A DNA stretch of 63,988 nt, the filler included, from Choristocarpus tenellus KU-1152 (lineage: Eukaryota > Protista > Phaeophyceae): the NCBI GenBank assembly GCA_964200185.2. It is 9 parts of 9 records of this genome, joined end to end, with 100 filler letters (N's around TTAATTAATTAA, not from the genome) between each part and the next. Parts side by side here need not be neighbours in the genome. Positions count along the whole stretch, not along the records: positions 61,481 to 63,988 come from CAXNAD020027225.1; 8 more parts are not named here. One strand, given 5' to 3'. The notes beneath the pieces were generated by a model. That model ran no database searches. It was given only the letters and a program-made list of their open reading frames with translations, and was not told the origin of the DNA. Positions 63,351 to 63,988 of the stretch are shown here, piece after piece (the first letter of the stretch is position 1; the number at the start of each line of letters is the position of its first letter). The position numbers and the translations under genes were made by a program.

Positions 63351-63988
63351 GGCAGACAGTCAATCGACTCTCCCTTAGTGGTAGTCTTCTTTCTTTTTAT
63401 TTCCCGTTCTGTCTGTCTCAATACCATACTTTTTCCTTTTTCTCCTCCTCTTGTAGGGAGTCAGGAAAGCTACCTAGCCGGGGTTCGATCCCCCAGCAAT
63501 TGGTTTTGTCCCATGATTGTTTACTATTACGCAAAGTGTCGATAGTACAGAACACAAAATGCGTTTCGACACTGTCATGGTGGGTTACTTACACAGACAT
63601 GCACTGTTACAGATTGAAGGGCCAAAACTATTTTTCCTGTTAAAGATGGTCCTTGCAAGAAAAAAAACTGTTGGAAATAATTGGATTATTTTCAAACTTT
63701 CTAAAATCTTGTCGCCAGACACTGTTGTGGTGATATGCATGCGTGCAACTACATATTGATGTGGAACGAAAAATTAAAATATTTCCCGTTTCCGAATTCT
63801 CACGCTCACAAAACTCAGTTCTTGATAAACTTCCCCTTTTAACCACTGTTCTAAAGTCCCTCAAACTAATGTAATGGTAATTAGAACAATAATGATCATG
63901 TTGTGCTCTTCAAAGAATATGTTCTTTTGCTTTGCTCACGAATTCTGGGTTATTATTATTATTTGCACATTCCTATTTTCTTATTCCT

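Overview
This is eukaryotic, intron-rich, repeat-rich genomic DNA, most likely from a photosynthetic stramenopile such as a brown alga. That assignment is an inference from bipartite plastid presequences, TTAGGG-like motifs and gene style. The window is not contiguous: nine contigs are joined by artificial 100-bp spacers (44N-TTAATTAATTAA-44N). Genes spliced by hand: NFU1 (2 exons, partial), a VTE6/DUF92 plastid membrane protein (5 exons, partial), the first exon of a divergent plastid-targeted gene, a complete 4-exon mitotic cyclin B, a partial GT17+GT31-like glycosyltransferase fusion, a complete 12-exon 602-aa tandem SAM-methyltransferase whose C-terminal domain is sarcosine/dimethylglycine-methyltransferase-like, and an orphan multi-exon (pseudo)gene. 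Mobile DNA includes a decayed intron-containing Sola2-like transposase, a ~257-bp GAG...CTC MITE family with 4-bp TSDs, copia/gypsy/LINE remnants, a solo LTR inside a 78-79-bp tandem array, and foldback elements. The most notable items are the tandem methyltransferase (candidate betaine/DMSP-type osmolyte synthase), a Rickettsiales-like psd fragment downstream of the last visible NFU1 exon, and the GT17-GT31 fusion.
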